NCBI RefSeq assembly: GCF_006345805.1
Contig: NC_043022.1
Location: 1,426,001-1,490,000, forward strand
DNA length: 64,000 bases
Source of the DNA: Octopus sinensis
Lineage: Eukaryota
Reading direction: 5' to 3'
Positions 1 through 12,537 of this stretch are shown here, piece after piece; positions within the stretch are counted from its first letter, which is position 1, and each line of letters opens with the position of its first letter. Below the pieces are notes generated by a model. That model was given only the letters and a program-made list of their open reading frames with translations, was not told where the DNA came from and searched no databases. Position numbers and translations under genes: made by a program.

Positions 1-589
1 GTAGTTTTGAGGAAAATTCAGGGCGACACAGAATCTGACAAAGCTGGCCCTTTGAATTACAGGTACCCCTCATTTTTGTCAGCCGAGTGGACTGAAGCAA
101 TGCGAAATAAAGTGTCTTGCTCAAGAACACAACGCACCGCTGGAAATTGAACTCACAAGTTTACGTTTGTGAGCTGAATACTCTAACCACTAAACCATGC
201 GCCTTTACCACACACAAACATACACTGGCATTACATCAGTTTTGATGACGAGGGTTCTAATTAATCCAGTCACCAGAACAGCCTGTTCATGAAATTAACG
301 TGCAAGTGGCTGAGTACTCCACAGACATGTGTACCCTTAATGTAGTTCTCGGGGTGACTCAGTGTGGCACAGAGTGTAACAAGGTTGGCCCTTTGAAATA
401 CGGCTACCTATAATTCATTTTTGCCAGCTGAGTGAACTGGAGCAATGTGAAATTAAGTGTTCTTGCTGAAGGACACAATGCTCCACAGGGAATTTGATGC
501 ACAGCTTTGTTTGTGAACTGAATGATCTCACCACTAAACCATGCACCTTTACCACACACAAACATCAAAAAATCAAATGAAAATTGTAG

Positions 590-835
590 TTGTGATACCT
601 GTGCTGGTGGCACGTAAAAAGCACCACCTGTACGTGGCCGATGCACACAAAAAGAACCCATTACACTCATGGAGTGGTTGGTGTTAGGAAGGGCATCCAG
701 CTGTAGAAACACTGCCAGATCAGACTAGAGCCTGGTGCAGCCTCCTGGCTTCCCAGACCCCAGTTGAACCGTCCAACCCATGCTAGCATGGAAAGCGGAC
801 GTTAAACGATGATGATGATGATGATGATGATGATG
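590..835 (+). mobile_element. RTE-tail-like SINE/LINE 3' fragment ending in (GAT)n (family D). Other copies near 4255-4430, 7680-7895, 13740-13990, 15590-15900, 16630-16985, 21850-22235, 37712-37980, 42528-42775, 47575-47740, 58895-59130
   Basis: Shared 'ggttggcgttaggaagggcatccagctgtagaaac...ccaacccatgctagcatgg...ttaaacgatgatgat'. The GGATGCCCTTCC motif and short-repeat tail resemble RTE 3' ends. Confidence 0.8.
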
Positions 836-1235
836 AAACATGCACTGGCACTCCATCAGTTATGACGATGAGTATTCCAGTTGATTCAATTACCAGAACA
901 GCCTGCTCATGAAGTTGTCAGGGATATGGCTGAGTACTCCACAGACCTATGTACCCTTAATTTAGTTCTCAGGGAGATTCACAGAGTGTGACAAGGCTGT
1001 CTCTTTTAAATTACAGGACACAATTCATTTTTGCCTGTTGAGTGGACTGGAGCAACGTGAATCAAATGTACTTGCTCAAGGATACCAGATGCTGCCAGGA
1101 ATCGAACTCACAACCTTACGATCGTGAGCTGGATACCCTAAGCACCAAGCCATGTTCTTTTACCAGCCATCACTGGTCCACTGCATTACCTCTGTGAGTA
1201 ATGCTATGTGTGTTTGTCTTTTTTGTGTCTTTTAG

Positions 1236-1340
1236 AACTACAACAGAAAGATCTGGAACGAGATGCTCAGGAACGGCGAGTCAAGGAACTCGAAGAAATG
1301 AGAGAGAAACAACAACGAGAACAAGAACAGAGACGGAAAG
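1236..1340 (+). CDS. RABEP1: RABEP1/Rabaptin-5 internal exon (first in window; coiled coil LQQKDLERDAQERRVKELEEMREKQQREQEQRRK)
   Basis: Pyrimidine tract + tttag acceptor (1234-1235), donor G|gtttgt at 1341. 105 nt, phase 1-1, joins in frame to the next exon. Confidence 0.85.
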
Positions 1341-1754
1341 GTTTGTTTGTTTGTTTATGTTTGTTTGGTGTTGTTATTTTTAGTTGTTATTTGGTTATGA
1401 TTTTTGTTGTTTTTATAAACGTTTTTAAAGATTTGTATTCACATGAGATTTTTTATTCATTTAAGTTTGCATGTCATTTTTTATTTTAGTATATCTTGGG
1501 TGGGTCATCATGCCAATAATAAACACGTGCTGGTTTGATTTCACTTCTATGTTTTATAGCCAATTGGTTAGTCATTTAACCAATTAACTAAACAATTGCT
1601 TAATTAATTGTTTGTTCAGGAGAGAGAAACACTTGCCATAGTGTAGCTGGGTGGCTCAGGATTTGTGGGGTTCCTTGAGTGCCCTAGAAGTCTTCCTGTA
1701 TCAGGAGGATCACATCATCCTCTTATTTATACTGTATACCACATATATATATTC

Positions 1755-1967
1755 TTTTATTTCTTTCAGTCATTTGACTGCGGCCATGCTGGAGCACTGC
1801 TTTGAAGTGTTTTAGTCGAACAAATCGATCCCAGGACTTATTTTTTGTAAGCCTAGTACTTATTTTATCGGTCTCTTTTGCCGAACCACTAAGTTACAGG
1901 GATGTAAACACACCAACATTAGTTGTCAAGCGATGGTGGAGGGACAAACACAGACACACATACACAC

Positions 1968-2019
<52 letters not shown>

Positions 2020-2185
2020 CTCCAATGGGTTTCTTTCAGTTTCCGTCTACCAAATCCACTCACAAGGCTTTGGTCAGCCTGAGGCTATAGCAGAAGACAC
2101 TTGCCCAAGGTGCCATGCATTAGGACTGAACCCGGAACCATGTGGTTGGGAAGCAAGCTTCTTACCACACAGCCACTCCTGCACC
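1755..2185 (-). mobile_element. tRNA-headed SINE with internal (TA/CA)n microsatellite (family B). Other copies near 7940-8350, 23480-23860, 39895-40050, 50860-51015, 57420-57810, 58330-58690, 62970-63375
   Basis: Head 'gcaggagtggctgtgtggtaag...ggttccgggttcagtcc' (A/B-box-like), central microsatellite, conserved tail ending in (gtaaaaga)n. Confidence 0.85.
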
Positions 2186-3644
2186 TAATATTTCAAAAAA
2201 TCATTTGATTCTTTGTCAATCTCCACACTTTATATCTGTCTTTGTATTGTCCCCATCATCCATTGCCCTGGTGGCAAATAGATCATCATCATTATGATTA
2301 TTATTGTTATTATTAGTGTGGTATACATTAAATGTAGTTTGTAGTGTGACCGATCAGATGTTCTGTTGCTTTGTTCTTCCTTGTCCTTAGGTCAGTTGAT
2401 TCCGTGGTCAATTTTGTCCTTCGTTCCTTTCGGTAAGTGCTCAATAAAACGAACCCCCAGTAATGTAGGGGAAGTGATGCAATCAGTTACAGTAGACCCT
2501 TTAGCCCAATAGTCACAACGATTAGCCTTTTGCCTTGTAACACAAAGTCTATCTTTACCAGAAAGAAACCTGATTTTTGGCTGCTTTTTGTCACACCATC
2601 GACCTTGTTGACCCGTCAAGCCACATTATATAGGCAGCCTGTCTAAAAGGGCACAAACTCTGAGTAAGAACTGATAACGGGTAAAGAGGACTGTGTAGTC
2701 CTTCCGCAGATAAGCTCTCTTGCGTCGGAGGTTATGGTAAAATGCACTGAAGATAAGCTGTAAAGTGGTTGGTGGTAGGGAGGCCATTTAGTCATAGAAA
2801 CTGTGTTGAGGAAATGGAATGTACAACTGAAGAAATTACTTATTAAATTAGTCTGTAGGCAACTGAGTTTTCCCCAGCCATGTGTACGCTTAATGTCGTT
2901 CTAAGACAGAATCTGTGGATTCAATGTGTGGCAAAGCTGTATACTTTTAGAATTTCAGGTACACTCCATTTAGTTGACTTCTATGTTGTTTCTATAAGCA
3001 TAGATTCTCTGACAGGGTTAGGGTGACCTGGGGCTTTGGGAAATGACACCTGCCCAAGATGCCAGACTGTGGGATTGAACCTGGGACCTTCTGGTTGTGA
3101 CACAGATTTCTTAACGATTAAATCACACTGCACCACACATACACACACACATGCATGCATGCATGCACGTGCACACACAACCTCACACACACACACACAA
3201 GCATACATGCACTCAAGCATACATGCACACATATACACAAGCAAACACACATGCACACAAGTATATACACACAGTTGTACACATGCACACACACACACGC
3301 ACAAGTAAATACACACACACACCTCCCTGTCATCATTGTTATAACTTTTCCATGCTTGCATAGGCTGGATAGTTTATTGAGGCAGATTTTGGTACAGCCG
3401 GATGCCCTTCCTGTCACCAACCTTGATCTGTCTCCAAACAAAGAAACATCCCCCCACCCTACCCCCATGGTCTGGCATATTTTTTGTTGGATGTTGGAAA
3501 TGAATAACATTCATTTACAACAATCATGTAAAGTCAAGACAAGGACACACAAATAGAGGCACACTCACATGCGCACACGGTGGAGTACTCAGCCACTATC
3601 TGAGGGGTACAGGTTTGAGTCCTGTAGCTGTCAACATTTAAGGT

Positions 3645-3985
3645 GAAGGCACATGGCTCAGTGGTTAGAGCATCTGGCTCACAATCATGGGGTAGTGAGA
3701 TCAATTCCCGGACCAGGCTGCGTGTTGTGTTCTTGAGCAAGACACTTTATTTCACGTTGTTCCAGTTCACTCAGCTGTAGAAATGAGTAGCGACATCACT
3801 GGTGCCAAACTGTATCGGCCCCTTTGCCTTTCTCTTGGATAACATCAGTGGTGTGGAAAGGGGAGGCTGGTATGCATGGGCAACTGCTGGTCTTCCATAA
3901 ACAACCTTGCCTGGACCTGTACTTTGTAGGGGAACTTTCTAGTTGCAATCCCATGGTTTTTCATGACCAAAGGGGTTCTTTACCC
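3645..3985 (+). mobile_element. tRNA-headed SINE (family C). Other copies near 17390-17720, 22520-22865, 40790-41035, 47750-47980, 52430-52745, 54530-54800, 56480-56810, 61440-61775
   Basis: Head 'ggcacatggctcagtggttagagc...gagatcaattcccggacc' followed by 'ttcttgagcaagacactttatttcacgttg..ccagttcactcagctgtagaaatgag'. Confidence 0.85.
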
Positions 3986-4447
3986 TTTCGTATATGAATA
4001 TATATATATAAAACATAGTGTACATTTAAACACATTAAGAGGTGTCCATCATAGGACTACTTTACACTAGAAGGAACAGCTAAAGTCCAAACACCTCTTA
4101 ATGTGTTTAAATGTACACTGTATGTTATATGAATAATATATAGTCTATTGACTAATTTTTCTATACGCTAAGCCACTGGTAGTAAAAATTTCTAAAATCT
4201 TTATTACTCTGATATTATTAATTATATATATATGGTCGTTGCCAGCCTACCCTGGCACCTGTGCTGGTGGCACGTAAAAAGCACCCACTACACTCACGGA
4301 GTGGTTGGCGTTAGGAAGGGCATCCAGCTGTAGAAACACTGCCAGATCAGACTGGAGCCTGGTGCAGCCTCCTGGTTCCCATATCCCCGGTCGAACCATC
4401 CAACCCATGCTAGCATGGAAAAACAGACGTTTTTTATATAAATATAT

Positions 4448-4492
<45 letters not shown>

Positions 4493-4734
4493 TATTATGA
4501 AATAGAAAGATGAATAATCTTGTAGTAGATTATCAAAGTTTAACCGATACCTTAGTAGCAAAAATCACAGCAGTGAACAGCACGGTTGGAGGTACGGATT
4601 TCCTTTTTTCTCCTGAAGAGAAGACACAATATGGTCCATTATTCAATCGGATTTTGGTAATTTGTGCCTTTCGAAACACGTGTAGAATGAAATAAAACGA
4701 TTCTGTTCAATCTGCGATCAGTCCATTTCTTCAA

Positions 4735-4743
4735 TTCACCAAT

Positions 4744-4774
<31 letters not shown>

Positions 4775-4875
4775 ATTTATATATATATATATAATATATT
4801 TATATATATTTATTTATTAATATATATATTATATATATATAATATTTATATATTTATATATTATATATATATATT

Positions 4876-4918
<43 letters not shown>

Positions 4919-5151
4919 ATATATATATATAATAATATCTATATATATATATAATATTTATATATATATATATTTATATATATATATATTTATATATATA
5001 TATATATTTATATATATAGATATTTATATATATATATATTTTATACTTAATATATTTAATATATATAGTTATATATATATTATATTTATATATATAATAT
5101 ATTTATATATATATATCTTTATATATATATATATTTATATATATATATATT

Positions 5152-5182
<31 letters not shown>

Positions 5183-5217
5183 ATATTATATATATATATA
5201 TTTATAATATATATATT

Positions 5218-5248
<31 letters not shown>

Positions 5249-5325
5249 ATTTTATACTTATATATATATTTATATATATATATATTTATATACTTATCTA
5301 TATTTATATATATTATACATATTAT
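4735..5325. repeat. Long degenerate (TA)n / (TATATATT)n array, about 590 bp
   Basis: Almost purely A/T dinucleotide sequence. Confidence 0.95.
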
Positions 5326-6086
5326 ACACAGGCACTTGGGAGAAGAAGATGGGTCACAGTGTGTTCAGCTGTGGCTGATCAGTCCAGTGTGTGCTTTGAA
5401 GGCACTGGTGGTCTTTTGGGATTGAGGGCAAGGGGTTAGCTCTGTTCCCGTTTTCTTTGTCCCTCTGCAATTCTGTTCTGTTCATAGGAGGTGGCACCTT
5501 TGTTGGTGTAGCCAGACAGTGCAGTCTTGCCCTTGTGTTTCCCAGATGTCGGGGTTCAGCTCAAAGCTCCTCTGTGAGGCTTTGAGTGTATCCTTGCGTG
5601 CACTTTGCCCTCTACCAATCCACTGTAAAACAGTCTCTTGGGGGTGGGGGTCACATGTCAAGCATTCAAACCAGGTGACCTTCTCTCCTCAACAGACAGA
5701 CATTCATATACATTCATATACCCAAATAGCATGTGCTTGTTTGGGTGAGATGCTTTATCTGTCGGATCAACAGTTCTTACTGGTCAGTACCCCTTCCTAC
5801 CACTAACCACTCAACCTTGATGTTGTGGTGTATTTAATTTTTGTTCATCCAAGCAAACCAGAGTAAGCAGTGTTAGGTTCCTTACCATATTAATGTCTAA
5901 ACTTAGGAGTGAAATAGTCAGTAGTTGAGAACCTGAATCGTGCAGTCACAGTACCTCACTTTAAATATTTGTGCCTCCCTTAGCGACACTTGTACAACTG
6001 CCCCTCCCATCATATTTACTAAAAATATAAAATGTACTGTTATGAAAAATTCTGATATTATGTCTCTATGCTTTTTATTTGTGCAG

Positions 6087-6121
6087 AGATTCTACAGCGA
6101 CAGCAAGCCAGTCCAGTGAAG
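6087..6121 (+). CDS. RABEP1: RABEP1 35-nt micro-exon (EILQRQQASPVK)
   Basis: tttttatttgtgcag acceptor, AAG|gtaatc donor. Phase 1-0 exactly bridges the phase-1 exon at 1340 and the phase-0 exon at 6698. Confidence 0.8.
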
Positions 6122-6697
6122 GTAATCTACATGTTGGTCTCTCCTCCCCTATTCATCACCGTCCTAGTACATCCTCTCCCATCACTGCATTTTGAGCCCC
6201 ACCCACCAATTGAACCCCCTCATGGGCTGTGAAATTTCTAATATCAGTCATATTGGTCTATGGAATTTCCAATACCTCTCAAACTACATTCTGCTGCTGT
6301 TTTATTAAAGAAAAAGGAAGAAAAAAAGGCACGTTTGATAATGTAGTCCAAGATACACTATGACTGAAGAGAACAGAAAAAGATAGGGTATTTGTGGTTG
6401 GTACAGTTTTGATTGTACAGCAATTCTTCCTGCCCCTTCCCCTTCCCTTACCCCACCTTCCCCACCTCTACCTTCCCACACCCCACCTTCCCCACCTCCA
6501 CCTTCCCCACTTCCACCTTCCCCACCCCCACTTCCCCTTCCTTCCCCATCTCTCCTTCCCACCTCCCCTCCCTATTTCCTCTTATTTCTCTCCCTCTGGC
6601 CCCATTCCCCCCCTCCCGCATTATTATTTCTCTAAATATCTATATTTATTTATATGCTTATTTCTACATTTCTCTCTCTCTCTCTCTCTCTCCTCAG

Positions 6698-6977
6698 ACC
6701 CCTCTTATGAAGGCCCCCAGTGCTGATCCTCAGTGCAAGACATCAACAGTTTCAAGCAGCCTGATCGACCTCACTGTACAACAGAACGACATTGGCGCTG
6801 GTGTGAAGAAGTCCTTTTCCAGTTCCGATGTCAGCGATATCCAAGGTGAAGACTTTGATTCATCGTCATTACTAGATGCTTCTTTGACTGATACAGTTTC
6901 CAACACGATCCGGATCAGTCCCGAGAAGACCATAACGCTTCCCTCGTTGACTGAGGCTCAGAGGCGTGCGATTACAG
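6698..6977 (+). CDS. RABEP1: RABEP1 exon, Ser-rich linker (TPLMKAPSADPQ...TEAQRRAIT)
   Basis: (CT)n tract + ctcag acceptor, ACAG|gtatga donor. 280 nt, phase 0-1, inside ORF 6413..7153. Confidence 0.85.
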
Positions 6978-7912
6978 GTATGATGGTTGTGGGACTCACC
7001 ATGCACTTCAACTGCCAAAAGTTACTCCCAGCCCAACGCCTGTGTTTCTCGGTGGTTTTTGTTTCATGCCCCTCCGCTTCAAAACATGCACACCAGTATG
7101 AAAGGACGAAGAGTACACCACGCACACACACATGTATATATGTGTATATTTAATAATGATAATAATAATGATAATAATAATAATAATAATAATATGCCCG
7201 AAATTCTGTCCGTCTGGAACCCTGTGTGACTCAATCTACATTTGCTCAACAATGACATCTTCTACTTTTTTGGAATCAGGATGATCCCAGGATTGAAAAC
7301 CTGCCCTTTATTTGGTTCTTGGCCATCCAGCATTGGAACTGGGTCTGGCTGGCGATTTGTTATATGCTAACAGTTGAAAATTCAAATTTTAAAAGAACTC
7401 CCAAAATTTGTGAACTTAGAAGTTTTTCATTTAAACTGAATTTAAAGCAATACCATGTTGGTAGGGTACCAATAAATGCTTTATTATTATTACTCCCTTT
7501 AGTTTTGGGCCACAGACCCAATTAACCCCCTGCAGGAACAAACTTAAAAGTCTGCATGGAGGGTGGCTTTTTCATTTTATAACCTTCCATGTCACTGAAC
7601 CACGACTGTTCCTGAAAGTTGTTTTTTAATACTTTCTACAGACTGTTTGAAGTCTACTACCTTAGATCTTACCTTTATATCTTCATCATCATCATCGTTG
7701 AACGTCCGCTTTCCATGCTGGCATGGGTTGGACAATTTGACTGAGGGCTGGCAAACCAGATGGCTGCACCAGGCACCAATCTTGATCTGGCAGAGTTTCT
7801 ACAGCTGGATGCCCTTCCTAACGCCAACCACTCCGAGAGTGTAGTGGGTGCTTTTACGTGCCACCGGCACAGGGGCCAGTCAGGCGGTACTGGCAATGAC
7901 CTCACTCAAAAT

Positions 7913-7944
<32 letters not shown>

Positions 7945-8649
7945 GGTGCAGGCCATGGCTGTGTGGTAAGAAACTTGCTTCCCAACCAACATGCTTCCAT
8001 CTTCAGTCCCACTGTGTGACACCTTGGGCAAGTGTCTTTTACTATAGCCACAGGCTAACCAAAGCCGTGTGAGTGGATTTGGTGGACGGAAACTGAAAGA
8101 AGTCTGTCATATATATATATATGTGTGTGTGTGTTTGTCTTTATGCTTGTGTTTGTCCCCGCCCCCGTCCCATCACTGCTTGTCAACTGGTGTTGGTATG
8201 TTTACACTCCTGTAACTTAGCAGTTTAGCAAAAGAGACCAATGGAAAAAGTACTAGGCTTACAAAGAATAAGTCCTGGGGTCGATTTGTTTGACCACAAC
8301 CCTTTAAGGCGGTGCTCCAGCATGGTTGCAGTCAAGTGACAGAAACAAGTAAAACAATAAAAAGTGTGTGTGTGTGAGAAGGCAAGTGGCCTAGTGGTTA
8401 GGGTGTTGCACTCAGATTGTGGGTTCAAATCCCTGATTGGGTGGCGCATTGCGTTCTTGAGCAAACCACTTCATTTCATGTTGCTCCAGTACCCCCTTTC
8501 GATTAGTGGGGAATGTTGGCCTGCTCACCTAGCCAGCAGGGTGGTGTTATTTGAAGGCTTGAACAATGCAAAATGCATTGTGACCAGCGATGTGTAACAG
8601 CATTTGATAGCCTGGTCAGTCACGTGATCATATGATATATATATATATA

Positions 8650-8847
8650 TTTTAAAATTATAAGTATATGAAAGAATGGAGTTGAACGACTAGTTAACAA
8701 ATATCCTTTATTCTCGACATATGTTTCGAAGGCTGCATATTCCTAATTCCAAAGGAATATGCAGCCTTCGAAACGTATGTCGAGAATAAAGGATATTTGT
8801 TAACTAGTCGTTCAACTCCATTCTTTCATATACTTATAATTTTAAAA
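8650..8847. repeat. Near-perfect 94-bp-arm palindrome with 10-nt loop
   Basis: Arms 8650-8743 and 8754-8847 are reverse complements with one mismatch (T8722 opposite G8775). Confidence 0.95.
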
Positions 8848-8999
8848 TAAACATACAAATTTCCGCACGAAGACACATAGTCTATGCCCTAGGGATGTAG
8901 CTTCAACCGTGTTCTTTCTGATGTGAATTTGCTACCCAGGTATCGGTTATCTTTCGAATTATCCTTAATAAGATAATTCATTCAATTACTCAAATATTA

Positions 9000-9038
<39 letters not shown>

Positions 9039-9333
9039 AATCTTTATGACCAATTTAATATGGCTGTCTTGTTAGATCATCAATGCTGTGTTATTAGCCT
9101 TTAAAGATCCTCTCTTATAGTCACTTTGTGCACAAAAGCATACACATAGATTGTAGCAGATGAGAATTGTCTATGATGAGCGCTAGTCAGGTACACGCTG
9201 TCAGTAATTACTCAGAGTAGCCACATGACTGAGTTGAAGGCAGATTTACTTCTGCCTTTATAGCACGTAAAGAAAACGTTGTTGTAGGAATGTATGCAGC
9301 ATGTGTGCTACAACATTGCTTTGCCTAGCTTAA

Positions 9334-9375
<42 letters not shown>

Positions 9376-12019
9376 ACACACATGACTGGCTTCTTTCAGT
9401 TTCCGTCTGTCAAATCCATTCAAGGCTTTGTCCAACCCAAGGCTATTGTGGAAGATGCCCAAGATGCCATGCAGTGGGACTGAACCCAGAACCATGTGGT
9501 TGGGAAGCAAGCTCCTTTCCACACAGCCGTGCGTGATATGTAATGTAGGTTTCAAGTTTCAATTAAGATTTTATTGTGAATTTTATTCGCTTGTTACTTA
9601 CATCTTGTTCTGAAGTAACCCAGACACCCATCGGAATATTGCCATGCTTCCTCAGTGGGGTCTATGTCCCCATTTTCAGAAACACTGTTCTAGTCCCAAA
9701 TTAGTATTGTTACCATTTTCTGACCATATCTCTATAATAATTTTAAGAACAATAATGATGATAATCCTTTCTACTATAGGCACAAGGGCCCAAAATTTGG
9801 TGGTAAGGGACTAGTCGATTACATTGACCCCAGTATTTCACTGGTACTTCATTTATCGACCCTGGAAAGATAAAAGGCAAAGTGACCTTGGCGGAATTTG
9901 AATTCAGAACGTGAAGGCAGACAAAATACCGCTAAGCATTTCATCCAGCGTGTTAACAATTCTGCCGTCTCGCCACCTTAATAATAATAACAGTCCTTTC
10001 TAATATAGGCACAAGGCCTGAAATTTGGTGGGAGGGGACTAGTCGATTACATTGACCCCAGTGTTTCACTGGTACTTAATTTATCGATCCCCCCAAAAGG
10101 ATGAAAGGCAAAGTCGACCTGGGCGGAATTTGAACTCAGAACGTAGCGACAGGTGAAATACTGCTAAGCATTTGCCCGGCGTGCTAACGATTCTGCCAGC
10201 TTTCTGCCTTCAACAATAATGATAATAATAACTAGCGGGACCCATGAATATTTCCTGGAATTTATGGTAAACTTATTGGGTTATTTGTGAAAACTCTATC
10301 CATCTGAAATACCTGGAAGCATCGCCTGTGTTGTGTCTGTATCAAAAGATGGTCGCTCATTTGCTTCTCACTGAAAAGGGAAGGAAATCGGAATACGATG
10401 ATTGCTTAATGCACTTTATTTATGCACTTTATATGTTGCATGCACAATTTTATAGACTTAATGTGCAACACACTCCCTCTTTCTCTCTCACTCTTTGCCT
10501 TGGCCTCTTTTTCTCTCTCTCTCTCTCTCCTTTTTCTTTTGCTCTTTGCCTTTTTGTTCAGCTAATCACATGAAAGCGTTACAGATGGGCTAAGTAACGG
10601 AGGAACAAAACTTTGTTAAAAAACGTAATTACGCATTTCACTCACTACCATCAATCTCTCCCTCTTTCCCTCCCCTTACCCATCTATTTCTCTCTTCTCT
10701 ATCTCTCTCCCCCTCCCCATCTCTCGCCCCACCCTCTCTCACCAAGTAATTTTGAAAATAAGGAAGACTTCATTAAGGTAATTTTGTTTGGAGTATAAAT
10801 TAACATAAAAATATTTAAAGGAAACTTTTTAACCATGTAGTTCCCTTCTTTCTCTTCACCTTTTGCTCCCCACCCTACAGCATGTCATTAACACTTCTCT
10901 CTCCCACTTTTCTCTCACCATTTTTTTCTCTTGCTTTTTGCCTCACCCTTCAACTAACCATATGATGCATTTGGCCTTTGTGTATTATTATACTCCTCTC
11001 TTATCTCTTCTCTACTCACAATTCTTCCCCCTTCTCTCTCACTTTCATTCCACTTCCCTAACTAACTAAAATATAACAGGTGAAGGAACAAGCAGATATG
11101 AATCTGATTGATTCATATACAATTTATATGAATATCAAATTGTATAAAAAATTGTTAAAATATTTGTGAATTGTAGAATAATAACCAGTTTGTTACACAT
11201 TCATTTTAGCCACAAAATCTTAAATAGGCCCCTAAGGGCCGTATGGACCCCAGTTGAGAACCATTGTTTTAGATCCTTTTGGAATGTCCCTATACAAGGG
11301 TTATAAAAGGCATGTTATTGGTGCCAAATTAGTAGAGTGTCTTCGACGTCCAGGTAGAACATCGTTTCTGCTCTCACCTGCCAATTTACACAGAGACTGG
11401 CTGATTCCTTTTCACACATGTCACATCTTGCTTCAGCGTATACCAACCTATGGTTTACCTCTGCTCACTCTCATGCCGTTAATAATAGCTGTTTTCACAG
11501 CTTCTACTCAACCTGGATATGTCATTATAGTTGGCCATATGAATTTAACGTGTATATTTCCTCCTCTCTCAGCAAGCTGAAGTACAGAGCTTTTGTAATC
11601 AACTATTTATGAATGCTATAAAATTCTTTGATTCTGTAGATTTCTTGTGGAAACTTTCTAATTCAGAACCAACCTGAAAATTATTTGTGTTGAAATAAAA
11701 GTCATTAAACGTTTGCAAGGTGTTGTTACACCATTCACAAGGGGCCTTATGTATACACCCATTGCAACAGTTGTTTTCTCTGCTCTGCCTGCACTGAAGA
11801 TAATGTCCCCTTTCAAACCATTAACTACGATGACTCTATAAAGGGCCATGGATGCTGTTTTACTTTGTCTGGCTTGGTCATTGTATAAAGAAACCCCAGA
11901 AAGTGTAAAATGAATTCATTTCTGCTCAATGTGTTGATTGAAAGGGAAGAGGCTGTGTGTGTGTGTTTGTTTGTTGGGGGGGTTTTCTTTGTATTTCAAT
12001 TTGGTTGCTTGTGTTCCAG

Positions 12020-12144
12020 ATCCCACCCCAGAAGCTGAAGCTCACAACTCCCTGTTGGCAAGTGTGAAGTCAAGGACTGAGGGGATATCACTGGAAGGGA
12101 GGAGGATGGTCAGCGAAAAAGAGTGGGAACTTCTACAACAGGAG
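12020..12144 (+). CDS. RABEP1: RABEP1 exon (DPTPEAEAHNSLL...RMVSEKEWELLQQE)
   Basis: ttccag acceptor, GAG|gtaagc donor. Phase 1-0; Rabaptin-like 'VSEKEWELLQQE' motif. Confidence 0.9.
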
Positions 12145-12298
12145 GTAAGCTATTGGCAAGGCAACACACCACACACACACACCACACACACACATTCTCT
12201 CTCTTTCTCTCTCACACTCTCTCTCACACACTCACACACTCACTTTCACACACACATACACACACTCTCTCTTTCTCACAAACACATGCACACACACA

Positions 12299-12331
<33 letters not shown>

Positions 12332-12537
12332 GCTCACTCTTTCACACATACAGTCTTTCACACATACAGTCTTTCACACACACACACACAACTGCAGGAT
12401 TGAGCTCAAAACTCTGTATTTGGGAAGCAAACTTCTTAAGGACCACCCAGCCTCGCCTGTCTCTAATTAGGCACTGGCAAATAAAATTAAAATTTCTTCA
12501 TTATTATTATTATTTAATTTTACTTTTCATTTTTCAG

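Noticed and set aside
2981-3556. Cluster of 70-133 aa ORFs (HTHTH/CVCVC-rich); likewise 30884-31249, 45194-45566, 27074-27438 and 55569-55944
   Set aside because: They are translations of CA/TG/TA microsatellites, which cannot encode stops; no splice or homology support.
3645-3725. tRNA gene (also 42794-42880 and 61445-61520)
   Set aside because: A/B-box heads continue directly into multi-copy SINE bodies; no complete cloverleaf is evident.
4046-4090. Hammerhead in the loop of the 29-bp hairpin
   Set aside because: The partial motifs (CTATGATGGAC and GTCCAAAC) lie on opposite strands and both lack core nucleotides.
6413-7153. 246-aa ORF as a single-exon gene
   Set aside because: Only 6698-6977 is exonic. 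The N-terminal Pro/Phe-rich part is the C/T-rich intron tract and the C-terminal part lies beyond the donor.
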